Below are positions 36,680 to 46,107 of a stretch of DNA of 61,692 bases, piece by piece. Both the position numbers and the translations under genes were made by a program. Origin of the DNA: a virus (Duplodnaviria; Caudoviricetes); the IMG/VR virus record IMGVR_UViG_3300007734_000739, positions 1 to 61,692 of that record, one strand, 5' to 3'. A model generated the notes under the pieces. That model was given only the letters and a program-made list of their open reading frames with translations, was not told the origin of the DNA and made no database searches. Within the stretch, counting starts at the first letter, position 1. The number at the start of each line of letters is the position of its first letter.

Positions 36680-39082
36680 ATGGACATTGCAAAATCACTT
36701 TATGCCGCGCCCCAAGGTCTTGAGTCTTTAGCGGAACCTGACTTGGAAATTGAAATTGAAAATCCTGATGCTGTATCTATTGGCATGGGTGGAGTTGAAA
36801 TTACCCTAGAGCCTGAGCGCGAAGGCAAAGAAGGTGAGCAGTTTGATTCCAATCTCGCTGAGTTCATGGATGAAGGCGAGTTAGAAAAAGTTGGCGCTGA
36901 CATTATGGATATGGTCGAAGCCGACATCAATTCGCGTAAGGATTGGGTAGAGATGTTTGTCAAAGGATTGGAAGTCCTTGGCATGAAGTATGAAGAGAGA
37001 ACCGAGCCGTGGAACGGAGCTTGTGGTGTTTTCTCTACGATACTGACAGAGGCTGCTGTAAGATTCCAATCAGAAATGATTGTGGAAACGTTTCCAGCAG
37101 CGGGGCCGGTGAAGACGGAAATCATTGGTGCCATCAATAAATTAAAAGAGGATGCAGCTGAACGTGTCAGAGATGACATGAACTATCAGTTGACAGAGGC
37201 GATGCCTGAGTACAGACCAGAGCATGAGAGGATGCTCTTTAATTTGGGTCTGGCGGGATCAGCTTTTAAGAAAGTGTATTTTGATCCAGCGCTGGGTAGA
37301 CAGACCTCTATATATATACCAGCAGAGGATGTGATTATTCCTTACGGCTCAAGCGGGGCGAGAACAGCAGAGCGTGTAACTCATGTGATGCGCAAGACGA
37401 AAAATGATGTTCGTAAATTGCAGGCCGCAGGTTTTTATTGTGATGTAGATTTGGGTGAGCCGGTTGCTATACATACTGATGTAGAAAAGAAGAAGGCCGA
37501 AGAGCAAGGCTACTCTTTGACTGACGATGATCGGTATCAGATTTACGAAGTACAGATTGATTACGACTTGCCCGGCTATGAAGATGAAGACGAGATAGCC
37601 CTGCCGTATATCGTGTCGATTGACGCTGGCACAGGGAAAGTTTTATCTATCTATCGTAACTACGAAGAAGAAGATCCGATGCGTCTGAAGCGACAGCATA
37701 TGGTTCAGTATGACTATGTGCCGGGTTTTGGTGCTTATGGATTTGGCTACATACATTTGATTGGCGGGTATGCAAGGGCAGGCACTTCACTAATTCGTCA
37801 GTTGATTGATGCGGGTACTTTGAGTAACTTGCCCGGCGGCTTGAAGTCACGTGGTTTACGAGTGAAAGGTGACGATACGCCTATCTCTCCCGGAGAGTTC
37901 AGAGATGTGGATGTACCCAGTGGGTCTATCAAAGACAACATCATGGCACTTCCATATAAGGAGCCGAGCCAAGTATTGGCTGGGTTGCTGGATAAGATCA
38001 CGGAAGAGGGCAGAAGACTGGGTTCTATTGCTGACATGAAAGTCAGTGACATGAGTGCGAATGCGCCTGTTGGAACAACGCTGGCTATTCTTGAGCGACA
38101 GTTAAAAACGATGTCTGCTGTGCAAGCGCGAGTTCACTTTTCGATGAAGCAGGAATTCAAAATCCTGAAGAACATCATTCGTGACTATGCTCCTAAAGAG
38201 TATGAATACGATCCTGAAAAGGGTGATCGTAAGGCCAAGCAAGAAGACTACGACATGGTGGAAGTTATTCCAGTGTCGGATCCGAACAGCGCAACGATGG
38301 CGCAGCGGATCATGCAGTACCAAGCTGTTATCCAGTTGGCTCAACAAGCTCCGCAGATTTACAACTTGCCTCAATTGCATCGTCAGATGATTGAAGTTTT
38401 GGGTGTGAAGAATGCTGATAAGTTGGTGCCAACAAAAGACGATCAGCAGCCGAGAGATCCGATCAGCGAGAACATGGCGTTCTTGCGAGGCGAGCCGACA
38501 AAGGCTTTCATTTATCAGGATCAAGATGCGCACATTCAGGCGCACCAATCGTTTATGCAGGATCCAAAGATTGCCGCAGTGATTGGTCAAAATCCTATGG
38601 CGCAGCAAATGCAGGCTGCAATCATGGCGCACATTGCAGAACACTTGGCATTCAAATATCGCAAGGATGTGGAAGAGCAAGTCGGTGTACCGCTGCCTAA
38701 CCCAGATGCAGAGTTACCAGAAGATGTTGAAGTTCAGTTGTCTCGTTTGGTGGCGCAGGGTTCACAGCAGTTGATGCAAAAGAACATGGCTGAAGCACAG
38801 CAAGAGCAGGCACAACAAATGCAGCAAGATCCGTTGATTCAGATTCAGCAAGCAGAGCTGCAAGTCAAGCAAGCTGATGTGCAACGCAAAACACAAAAAG
38901 ACCAGACGGATGCGCAGATTGCAATGCAGAAATTGCAGTTGGAGAAGCAGCGTATTGAGGCGGAGATTACCAAAGAGTCGCAACGTCTTCAGTCTCAAGA
39001 GTTGCAGGCAAAAGCAAGAATCCAAGCTGATATGACTATGCGTCAATTGGAATCGTTAACAAGACCAAAGAAGGTTGAATGA
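36680..39082 (+). CDS. portal protein
   Basis: 800 aa directly after terL; C-terminal Q-rich coiled coil as in P22-like portals. Confidence 0.85.
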   Translation: MDIAKSLYAAPQGLESLAEPDLEIEIENPDAVSIGMGGVEITLEPEREGKEGEQFDSNLAEFMDEGELEKVGADIMDMVEADINSRKDWVEMFVKGLEVLGMKYEERTEPWNGACGVFSTILTEAAVRFQSEMIVETFPAAGPVKTEIIGAINKLKEDAAERVRDDMNYQLTEAMPEYRPEHERMLFNLGLAGSAFKKVYFDPALGRQTSIYIPAEDVIIPYGSSGARTAERVTHVMRKTKNDVRKLQAAGFYCDVDLGEPVAIHTDVEKKKAEEQGYSLTDDDRYQIYEVQIDYDLPGYEDEDEIALPYIVSIDAGTGKVLSIYRNYEEEDPMRLKRQHMVQYDYVPGFGAYGFGYIHLIGGYARAGTSLIRQLIDAGTLSNLPGGLKSRGLRVKGDDTPISPGEFRDVDVPSGSIKDNIMALPYKEPSQVLAGLLDKITEEGRRLGSIADMKVSDMSANAPVGTTLAILERQLKTMSAVQARVHFSMKQEFKILKNIIRDYAPKEYEYDPEKGDRKAKQEDYDMVEVIPVSDPNSATMAQRIMQYQAVIQLAQQAPQIYNLPQLHRQMIEVLGVKNADKLVPTKDDQQPRDPISENMAFLRGEPTKAFIYQDQDAHIQAHQSFMQDPKIAAVIGQNPMAQQMQAAIMAHIAEHLAFKYRKDVEEQVGVPLPNPDAELPEDVEVQLSRLVAQGSQQLMQKNMAEAQQEQAQQMQQDPLIQIQQAELQVKQADVQRKTQKDQTDAQIAMQKLQLEKQRIEAEITKESQRLQSQELQAKARIQADMTMRQLESLTRPKKVE

Positions 39083-39279
39083 TGGATCCAAAGCTGGCTG
39101 AACATTTGAATAAAAAAATTCAAGAACACATTAACCAACATTTAGGAGTGCTGAGTGATGGCGTAGCTAAAGACTACGCACATTACAAAGAGCTGTGCGG
39201 AGCAATCCGGGGTCTGCAAACCGCACAGATGGAAATAAATGACCTTGTGCGGAAACTAAAGGATGTTGATGATGACTGA
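39079..39279 (+). CDS. hypothetical head-module protein
   Basis: DYAHYKELCG.IRGL. Confidence 0.7.
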   Translation: MMDPKLAEHLNKKIQEHINQHLGVLSDGVAKDYAHYKELCGAIRGLQTAQMEINDLVRKLKDVDDD

Positions 39280-39670
39280 GTTTGATGTTCAAGCTGTTGA
39301 TCTTTCGGGGATTTTGAATGCCTCGGCGGAAGAAAAGGCAAAACAAGTACCCGATCCTGTGACTTACCACCTTCTGTGCGTTCTTCCAGAGGTGGATGAG
39401 GAGTATGAGAGTGGTCTTGTTAAGGCTGGGCAAACAATTCACTATGAAGAGCTGCTGTCGCCAGTGCTGTTTGTGGTGAAAATGGGGCCTGATGCCTTCA
39501 AAGACGAGAAGCGATTCCCAAGCGGCCCGTCTTGCAAGGTGGGAGACTTTGTGTTGGTACGTCCCAACACTGGTACTCGCATCAAAATTCACGGAAAAGA
39601 GTTCAGAGTAATCAACGATGACTCTGTTGAGGCTGTGGTTCAAGACCCTCGCGGCATTTCCAGAGTATAA
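39272..39670 (+). CDS. groES: GroES-like co-chaperonin
   Basis: VVKMGPD...CKVGDFVL...GTRIKIHGKEFRVINDDSVEAVV. Confidence 0.8.
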   Translation: MTEFDVQAVDLSGILNASAEEKAKQVPDPVTYHLLCVLPEVDEEYESGLVKAGQTIHYEELLSPVLFVVKMGPDAFKDEKRFPSGPSCKVGDFVLVRPNTGTRIKIHGKEFRVINDDSVEAVVQDPRGISRV

Positions 39671-39680
39671 GGAGGGGAAA

Positions 39681-40628
39681 ATGGATAAAACTGAGTACAA
39701 ATTCCCTGATGAAGTCGATAAAAAGGCTGAAAAAGCATCAAAAGATGATGATTTTAAGGTTGAAATCGAAGGTGAGGGTGAAACTGAGATAGAAATTGTC
39801 GATGACACGCCCAAATCCAGCAAAAAGATGGAAGAACCTCCGAAAGAAATTGACGAGGACGAGTTAAACAGCTATGGCGAGAAAGTTAGGCGCAGGATTC
39901 AGCACTTGCAAAAGGGCTATCACGAAGAAAAGCGCAAAACTGAACAGGCTTTAAAGGAAAGAGAAGAGGCCATTCGTGCTGCTCAGTTCATTGCTGAGGA
40001 GAACAAGAAGCTCAAAGGCTCTTTAAATCAGGGTCAAGCCGCATTGTTGGAACAAGCCAAGAAAACAGTGGCTTCTGAGATGGAAGAGGCTCGCAGAAAG
40101 TACAAGGAAGCATACGAATCGGGAGATTCTGAGGCTCTTGTTGATGCTCAGGAAAATTTGACTGCTGCCAAGCTCAAATTAGACAGAGTAAATAATTTCA
40201 AGCCAACCCCTTTACAAGAAGAAGAAACTGAGGTAAAAATACCGCAGGCTCCCTCCGTTGATGTGAAAGCAGCAAAATGGCGGGAGAAGAATGAATGGTT
40301 TGGGTCGGACGATGAAATGACCAGTTTTGCGCTTGGACTCCACAACAAGCTGGTCAAAAGTGGAGTGAATCCGGCTTCAGATGAATACTACGAGAAAATT
40401 GATTCTCGTATGCGCCAAGTGTTCCCAGATGCCTTCGAATCTGACGAACCCGCTGAAGAGCCTGAAAAGGAAGTTAAGCGAACCAAATCGAATGTGGTTG
40501 CGCCAGCAACGAGAAGCTCTGCCCCTAAGAAGGTAACGCTTACTCAAACCCAAGTAAATATCGCCAAACGTCTGGGTGTTCCGTTGGAACTCTATGCGCG
40601 TAAGGTTGCGGAACAAATGAGGACTTAA
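39681..40628 (+). CDS. putative capsid scaffolding protein
   Basis: acidic N-terminus, long coiled coil, C-terminal IAKRLGV..E.YA; between portal and capsid. Confidence 0.7.
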   Translation: MDKTEYKFPDEVDKKAEKASKDDDFKVEIEGEGETEIEIVDDTPKSSKKMEEPPKEIDEDELNSYGEKVRRRIQHLQKGYHEEKRKTEQALKEREEAIRAAQFIAEENKKLKGSLNQGQAALLEQAKKTVASEMEEARRKYKEAYESGDSEALVDAQENLTAAKLKLDRVNNFKPTPLQEEETEVKIPQAPSVDVKAAKWREKNEWFGSDDEMTSFALGLHNKLVKSGVNPASDEYYEKIDSRMRQVFPDAFESDEPAEEPEKEVKRTKSNVVAPATRSSAPKKVTLTQTQVNIAKRLGVPLELYARKVAEQMRT

Positions 40629-40630
40629 AA

Positions 40631-41089
40631 ATGACAGATGCAAATCAAACCCGCGCAAAGCGCGAAACTGAAAGCCGTGCAGCAGCCGAGCGTCCAAAAA
40701 AATGGATGCCTCCCCAACTTCTGCCTGATCCTCATCCAGAGGAAGGGTATGCGTTCCGTTGGATCCGTCTAGCTACACTTGGCTCCGCAGATGCCATGAA
40801 TATTTCCTCAAAACTTCGTGAAGGCTGGGAACCCGTCAAAGCCTCTGAACACCCTGAAATTGTTTTGATGAGTGGTCAAGCTAACCGCTTTCCAGACAGT
40901 ATTGAGATTGGTGGACTGTTGCTTTGTAAGACCCCAGTTGAATTTACTAAAGACCGTGATGCTTACTTCCAGCAACAAGCGGAAGCGCAAATGGCTTCAG
41001 TAGATAACACTTATATGCGCGAAAACGATCCTCGGATGCCTATGTTCAAAGAACGTAGTTCTAAGGTGACTTTTGGCAAAGGTCATTAA
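40631..41089 (+). CDS. head-module protein
   Basis: FRWIR...KLREGWEPV...IGGLLLCK. Confidence 0.7.
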   Translation: MTDANQTRAKRETESRAAAERPKKWMPPQLLPDPHPEEGYAFRWIRLATLGSADAMNISSKLREGWEPVKASEHPEIVLMSGQANRFPDSIEIGGLLLCKTPVEFTKDRDAYFQQQAEAQMASVDNTYMRENDPRMPMFKERSSKVTFGKGH

Positions 41090-41108
41090 TTTTTTTGGAG
41101 CTTAAAAC

Positions 41109-41708
41109 ATGGCTTACCCCACTGTCTCAGCACCCTACGGTCTAAAGCCAATCAATTCAATTGATGGCAAGCCCTACGCAGGTGCTTTCCGACAGATTCC
41201 TGTTGCTGCATCCTACGCTACCGCTATTTTCAATGGCGATACTGTGGCGATTGACAGCACCGGTTATCTGGTCAAATCAACCACCACCGACTCCGGCGCT
41301 ATCGTCGGCGTTTGCATGGGCGGTCAGTATGTGAACTCTAGCGGTCAAACCGTTCAGGGTCAGTACATCCCCGCACTTGCTTCCACCACAGCAAATCCGG
41401 CTTACGCCTATGTTGTGGATGATCCCATGGCTCTGTTCCAAGTTGCTGTTGTTGCAGTTGGCACCACTACTATTGCTACCGCTGGTCGCACTGTGGTTGG
41501 TACTAACCTGCCTCTGGTCATCAACGCTGGTAGCACTACCACTGGTGATTCAGCTTTCGGAGTTACTACCACTGGCGCAAACACTACATCTACTATCCCA
41601 ATTCGGGTTATTGATGTTGTGCCTGCAACTGCCACTGGTTCTGACGCTTATGTGGAACTGTTGGTGAAGATTAACACTCACCAATATAACAACACCACTG
41701 GTGTTTAA
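41109..41708 (+). CDS. capsid decoration/cement-like protein
   Basis: PYGLKP, IFNGD, VVDDP; Thr/Gly-rich; directly before major capsid gene. Confidence 0.65.
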   Translation: MAYPTVSAPYGLKPINSIDGKPYAGAFRQIPVAASYATAIFNGDTVAIDSTGYLVKSTTTDSGAIVGVCMGGQYVNSSGQTVQGQYIPALASTTANPAYAYVVDDPMALFQVAVVAVGTTTIATAGRTVVGTNLPLVINAGSTTTGDSAFGVTTTGANTTSTIPIRVIDVVPATATGSDAYVELLVKINTHQYNNTTGV

Positions 41709-41720
41709 GGAGTAACTTAA

Positions 41721-42632
41721 ATGGCTATTTCACGCGCACAACTATTGAAAGAACTGCTCCCCGGCTTGAACGCTTTGTTCGGCTTGGAGTACGCTAAGTA
41801 TGGCGAGGAACATAAAGAGATTTATGAAACCGAAACCTCTGAGCGTTCGTTCGAAGAAGAAACAAAACTGTCTGGTTTCTCTGCCGCACCAGTCAAAAAC
41901 GAAGGCTCTGCCATCGCTTATGACAATGCGCAAGAAGCATGGACTGCTCGTTACAACCACGAAACCATTGCAATGGGCTTCTCCATCACTGAAGAAGCAG
42001 TGGAAGACAACCTGTATGACAGCTTGTCCAGCCGCTACACCAAAGCTTTGGCTCGCGCTATGGCTTATACCAAGCAGGTCAAAGCAGCCTATGTGTTGAA
42101 CAATGCGTTCACCACTGGTGTTGTTTACGGTGACGGCGTTACCTTGTGTAGCACTGCCCACCCATTGATCTCTGGTGGTGTCAACAGCAACCGCCCAACT
42201 ACTGGCGCTGACTTGAATGAAACTTCTCTTGAGAATGCTGTCATTCAAATCGCAGGCTGGACAGATGAGCGCGGTTTGTTGATTGCAGCCAAGCCCAAAA
42301 AGCTGGTCGTTCCTCCTGCTTTGATGTTCGTTGCTACTCGTTTGTTGGAAACCGAACTCCGTGTTTCTACAGCCGACAATGACATCAACGCATTGAAGAA
42401 CAATGGCTCAATCCCTGAAGGCTATACAGTCAACCACTATTTGACTGATACCAACGCATGGTTCCTGATGACTGATGTCCCCAATGGTCTGAAGCACTTT
42501 GTCCGTACTCCGCTGCAAAACAGCATGGACGGCGACTTCGACACTGGTAACGTTCGTTACAAGGCCCGTGAGCGTTATAGCTTCGGTGTATCAGATCCTC
42601 TGGGTATCTTCGGATCACCCGGTTCGTCCTGA
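41721..42632 (+). CDS. major capsid protein
   Basis: MAISRAQLLKELLPGLNALFG...DGDFDTGNVRYKARERYSFG; followed by strong terminator. Confidence 0.88.
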   Translation: MAISRAQLLKELLPGLNALFGLEYAKYGEEHKEIYETETSERSFEEETKLSGFSAAPVKNEGSAIAYDNAQEAWTARYNHETIAMGFSITEEAVEDNLYDSLSSRYTKALARAMAYTKQVKAAYVLNNAFTTGVVYGDGVTLCSTAHPLISGGVNSNRPTTGADLNETSLENAVIQIAGWTDERGLLIAAKPKKLVVPPALMFVATRLLETELRVSTADNDINALKNNGSIPEGYTVNHYLTDTNAWFLMTDVPNGLKHFVRTPLQNSMDGDFDTGNVRYKARERYSFGVSDPLGIFGSPGSS

Positions 42633-42641
42633 TAAAAAAAT

Positions 42642-42675
42642 AAGAGAAGGGGGTCAAAAGCCCCCTTTTCTTTTT
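42642..42675 (+). terminator. intrinsic terminator after major capsid gene
   Basis: AAGAGAAGGGGG-tcaaaag-CCCCCTTTTCTT then T run. Confidence 0.85.
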
Positions 42676-42702
42676 GTGAATTTCGTGTATATTCAAACCA
42701 TT

Positions 42703-42776
42703 CCGGGGTTCTCCGGCGTATCAAACAGTCCCGGCTGACGACATGCAGATTGATACGCTTAACTTGCATGTGAGGA
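42703..42776 (+). ncRNA. candidate cis-regulatory RNA, chained double pseudoknot
   Basis: CCGGGG/TCCCGG, GCGTATCAA/TTGATACGC and ACATGCA/TGCATGT interleaved, ending at RBS. Confidence 0.55.
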
Positions 42777-42782
42777 AAAATC

Positions 42783-43184
42783 ATGTCAAATACTACATTC
42801 AGCGGCCCAGTTCGGTCACAGAACGGCTTTCAATCTATTACTGTTAACGCCACCACTGGTGCCGTTACTGTTAACTCCACTTTTGACACTGGCATTGTTT
42901 TTGGCAATCAAAACTTGTCTGGTGCTGGCGCGGTTGACGTTACTAATGCTTTAACTTCTTTGACTACTACTGGTGCATCTCAAGCCTTGACTTTGGCTGA
43001 TGGTACTGTTGGTGAAATGAAGGTGATTGTTCACACAGTAGACGGCGGTTCAGCCATTCTGACCCCCACTACAAAAATTGGTTTTTCAACCATTACTTTC
43101 ACTGCTGTAGGCGATAGCGCCACTTTGATTTACACAGCTACTGGTTGGGCAATCATCGGTTCTCGCGGCGTAACCATTGCTTAA
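42783..43184 (+). CDS. putative virion structural protein
   Basis: MSNTTFSGPVRS, Thr/Gly-rich. Confidence 0.65.
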   Translation: MSNTTFSGPVRSQNGFQSITVNATTGAVTVNSTFDTGIVFGNQNLSGAGAVDVTNALTSLTTTGASQALTLADGTVGEMKVIVHTVDGGSAILTPTTKIGFSTITFTAVGDSATLIYTATGWAIIGSRGVTIA

Positions 43185-43197
43185 TTAGGAGCCAAAC

Positions 43198-43503
43198 ATG
43201 GCTATGCAAACTGATGTCTTAGCAAGTCAAGCATTGACTGCCGATGGGCAAATGCTTGACCAAGCTGGAAACAATATTGGCAGATGCAGGGTCAAGGCTA
43301 TATACGTAATTCCATCTGGTACAGCTGGAAGCGTTGTATTTAAAGACGGTGGGTCAAGCGGAACAATTCGCTTGACTTTGAACACTGTTGCCTCTGCAAC
43401 TCAGCCAACTTATTTGCTGATCCCAGATCAAGGGATTTTGTTTTCTACTGATGTTTATGCGGATGTGACAACCATTGGCTCTGTCACCATTTTCTATGGC
43501 TGA
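43198..43503 (+). CDS. putative virion structural protein
   Basis: 101 aa, beta-rich, IPDQGILF. Confidence 0.6.
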   Translation: MAMQTDVLASQALTADGQMLDQAGNNIGRCRVKAIYVIPSGTAGSVVFKDGGSSGTIRLTLNTVASATQPTYLLIPDQGILFSTDVYADVTTIGSVTIFYG

Positions 43504-44233
43504 TGATGAACGTCCTATGAGTGTGGCTGGGCGCAAGCTTATGATTGCGATCCCAGCCTACGATGGCAAGCTGAATATCAAATCAGCATTTGCCTTGGCA
43601 GAGCTTGTTCCGCAAGCAGCCAAATATGGCGTTGAAATTCAGTTATCCCAAGTCTCAGGTTGCTCCATCATCACCAAAGCAAGAAACGCTTTGGTCGGTG
43701 AATTTATGCGTTCTGATTGCACTGATCTATTGTTTGTAGATGCAGATGTGATTGTGAATGCTGATGCAGTTTTGAGACTGTTGGCACTTAGCACAAACAA
43801 AGATGTGACCGCAGGCATTTATCCGCGCCGCGCCAGCGACAGACGTTTCTTCCTTGACTTTTACGTTGATGAAAACAATGAATTGGTCATTGATGAAAAC
43901 GGCATGGTGCAGGTGTTGCACATTGGTACAGGATTTATGATGATCCGCCGCCATGTGTTGGAGCAAATGATTGCAGCTCATCCTGAGTGGAAATACACAG
44001 GCAATGATGGTGTTTCCAAAGACAGTGCAGTTTTTGAATTTGCAGTGATAGATGGCGAATATATTGGAGAAGATTACTTGTTCTGTCGCAGAGCGATAGA
44101 GCATGGATTCTCAATTTATCTTGACCCGTCTATCAGTCTTCCACACATTGGCACAGAGGCATTCTCACGGGACTTCATGGAAGATGTGATGATTCCACTG
44201 CGCCAGCCAAAGTTGAAAGTTTCAAATGGCTAG
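43496..44233 (+). CDS. GT-A fold glycosyltransferase-like protein
   Basis: IAIPAY, ITKARN, LLFVDAD (DxD), GTGFMMIRR, GEDYLFC. Confidence 0.8.
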   Translation: MADDERPMSVAGRKLMIAIPAYDGKLNIKSAFALAELVPQAAKYGVEIQLSQVSGCSIITKARNALVGEFMRSDCTDLLFVDADVIVNADAVLRLLALSTNKDVTAGIYPRRASDRRFFLDFYVDENNELVIDENGMVQVLHIGTGFMMIRRHVLEQMIAAHPEWKYTGNDGVSKDSAVFEFAVIDGEYIGEDYLFCRRAIEHGFSIYLDPSISLPHIGTEAFSRDFMEDVMIPLRQPKLKVSNG

Positions 44234-44468
44234 TCCAGCATGGCAGAGGAAAGAAGGCAAATCGGAGAAGGGCGGATTGAACGCCAAGGGCCGCGCCTCT
44301 GCGAAGAAACAAGGTATGAATCTGAAGCCTCCGCAGCCAGAGGGCGGCAAACGGCGAGACTCTTTTTGCGCAAGAATGAGTGGAATGAAAAAGAAACTTA
44401 CGAGCGCAAAGACCGCAAACGATCCCAATTCGAGGATTAACAAAGCTTTAAGGGCATGGAACTGCTGA
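44226..44468 (+). CDS. small basic late protein (DUF6321-like)
   Basis: AWQRKEGK..GGLN.KGR...SFCARM...LRAWNC. Confidence 0.7.
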   Translation: MASPAWQRKEGKSEKGGLNAKGRASAKKQGMNLKPPQPEGGKRRDSFCARMSGMKKKLTSAKTANDPNSRINKALRAWNC

Positions 44469-44469
44469 A

Positions 44470-44706
44470 ATGGACATTAGCACAATTTGGTCGTTGGCCC
44501 TGTCCGCTGTTTTGGGTGGATTTTGGTTTTTCATCCGCGAGAAGTTTGAGGATGTGAAGCGCATTGAAAGATTGTTAAATATCACACGCGAGGAGATTGC
44601 CCGTGATTACGCAACTAACGCAGAAGTTCAGAGAATTACTGACCACATTGACCAGCGGTTTAACCGCCTTGAAGCAAAAATTGACCAGCTTATTCAGAAG
44701 GGATAA
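44470..44706 (+). CDS. small TM + coiled-coil protein
   Basis: N-terminal TM, TREEIARDY, RLEAKID. Confidence 0.7.
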   Translation: MDISTIWSLALSAVLGGFWFFIREKFEDVKRIERLLNITREEIARDYATNAEVQRITDHIDQRFNRLEAKIDQLIQKG

Positions 44707-44712
44707 ATAATT

Positions 44713-45240
44713 ATGGCACTCAGCGCATTTGAAAAAGAATTTAAAGCAGCCCGTGATGCGGGTAAAACAGAATTTGATTTTGGCGGCAAGAAGTACACCA
44801 CAAAATACAAAGAGGAGGCCGAAGCTTCTTCTAAGCCTGCTGCTAAAAAATCACAGTCAACCCCAAGAGAAGCGGCTATTGCAGAGGCTAATGATTTGAC
44901 TTCACCACCTCCAAAAAGAAGCGGTGGAATTGGCCCATACAACATAGGTGCTGGCCCAACCGAAGAAGAAAAACAAGCGGCTTATGATCGGTATGCTGAG
45001 AATCGTAAAAAAATGGGCGACTCAGGTAGCGATGACAGCGGCTCTAAACCTATTGCAGAATCTGACTGGGCAAAGAGTGTTCGTGCTGCGCAGGCGGCTA
45101 GTCCAGAGGGCGGCATGCTTGGTAAGCGTATGCGTGCGGCGCTTGGCTCTTCTTACAAAAAAGGTGGAAGCGTTTCCAGCGCCAGCAAACGTGCTGACGG
45201 CTGCGCCCAGCGCGGAAAAACGAAAGGCAGGATGATTTAA
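44713..45240 (+). CDS. small late protein with KKGG / RADG..RGKTKG motifs
   Basis: FEKEFKAAR..GK.EF.FGGKKYTT N-terminal module. Confidence 0.7.
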   Translation: MALSAFEKEFKAARDAGKTEFDFGGKKYTTKYKEEAEASSKPAAKKSQSTPREAAIAEANDLTSPPPKRSGGIGPYNIGAGPTEEEKQAAYDRYAENRKKMGDSGSDDSGSKPIAESDWAKSVRAAQAASPEGGMLGKRMRAALGSSYKKGGSVSSASKRADGCAQRGKTKGRMI

Positions 45241-45830
45241 TGCCTGCGACATCAGCAAAACAAAAGAAATTCATGGATGCTGCGGCGCACAACCCAGCGT
45301 TTGCGAAGAAGGTTGGCGTACCTGTAAAGGTTGCCAAAGAGTTCAGCAAGGCCAGCAAAGGTCAAACTTTTAAAGAAGGTGGCGAAATGAAAGAATCCAA
45401 AGGAATGACAAGAAAAGAAGTCAGCTTTATGAAGGCCAAGGGCGCACCAAAGTCTATGGTCAAGCATGAAGAAGCTGAAATGAAAGAAATGAAAAAGGGC
45501 GGCAAAGTCCAAAAATATGGTTTGGGTGGCATATTAAAAAATGTAGCAAGCCGAGTGGCTCCTGCTGTTAGGAGCGCAGCGGCAGAAACTATGGCAAAGC
45601 CTTCTGGCCCTGTAGGACCAGGCGGCTCATCCATGCCAAATGTTGGCCCTGTCTCAAGAGCTATTACTGGCGCAATGCGTCGCGGCATGGCTGCTGGTGG
45701 TAACGTTACCAAAATGGGCGCAGTAAAAACTGCCAAGCCTACCGCTGGTTCTGCATCCAGCCGTGCTGATGGTATTGCTCAAAAAGGCAAAACCAAAGGT
45801 AAGTTGCTCAACAAAGGCGGGAAGTGCTGA
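45240..45830 (+). CDS. basic late protein with five xxGG motifs
   Basis: FKEGG, MKKGG, YGLGG, MAAGG, LNKGG; RADGIAQKGKTKG. Confidence 0.7.
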   Translation: MPATSAKQKKFMDAAAHNPAFAKKVGVPVKVAKEFSKASKGQTFKEGGEMKESKGMTRKEVSFMKAKGAPKSMVKHEEAEMKEMKKGGKVQKYGLGGILKNVASRVAPAVRSAAAETMAKPSGPVGPGGSSMPNVGPVSRAITGAMRRGMAAGGNVTKMGAVKTAKPTAGSASSRADGIAQKGKTKGKLLNKGGKC

Positions 45831-45831
45831 G

Positions 45832-46107
45832 ATGAGAGCCTCGCGTGGTATGGGGGCTATCAGCCCCTCCAAAATGCCTAAAGGCGTGAGAAAGCCACGC
45901 CGAGACAATACTGATTTCACTCAGTATGCAGAAGGTGGCAAAGTTAACGCTGCTGGTAACTACACCAAACCCAGTCTGCGCAAGCGGATCGTGGCTCAGG
46001 TCAAAGCCGCAGCCACCCAAGGTACTGGTGCAGGTCAATGGTCAGCGAGGAAAGCTCAATTGGTAGCCAAGAAGTACAAGGCCGCTGGCGGGGGTTACAG
46101 AGATTGA
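45832..46107 (+). CDS. basic late protein (resembles DUF5872 N-half)
   Basis: YTKPSLRKRI...GQWSARKAQL...YKAAGGGY. Confidence 0.7.
   Translation: MRASRGMGAISPSKMPKGVRKPRRDNTDFTQYAEGGKVNAAGNYTKPSLRKRIVAQVKAAATQGTGAGQWSARKAQLVAKKYKAAGGGYRD

Noticed and set aside
42545-42554. Half-site TGGTAACGTT in the capsid gene (similar half-sites at 7581 and 21165)
   Set aside because: Right arm does not match and at 42545 it encodes the TGNVRY capsid motif; not counted as copies
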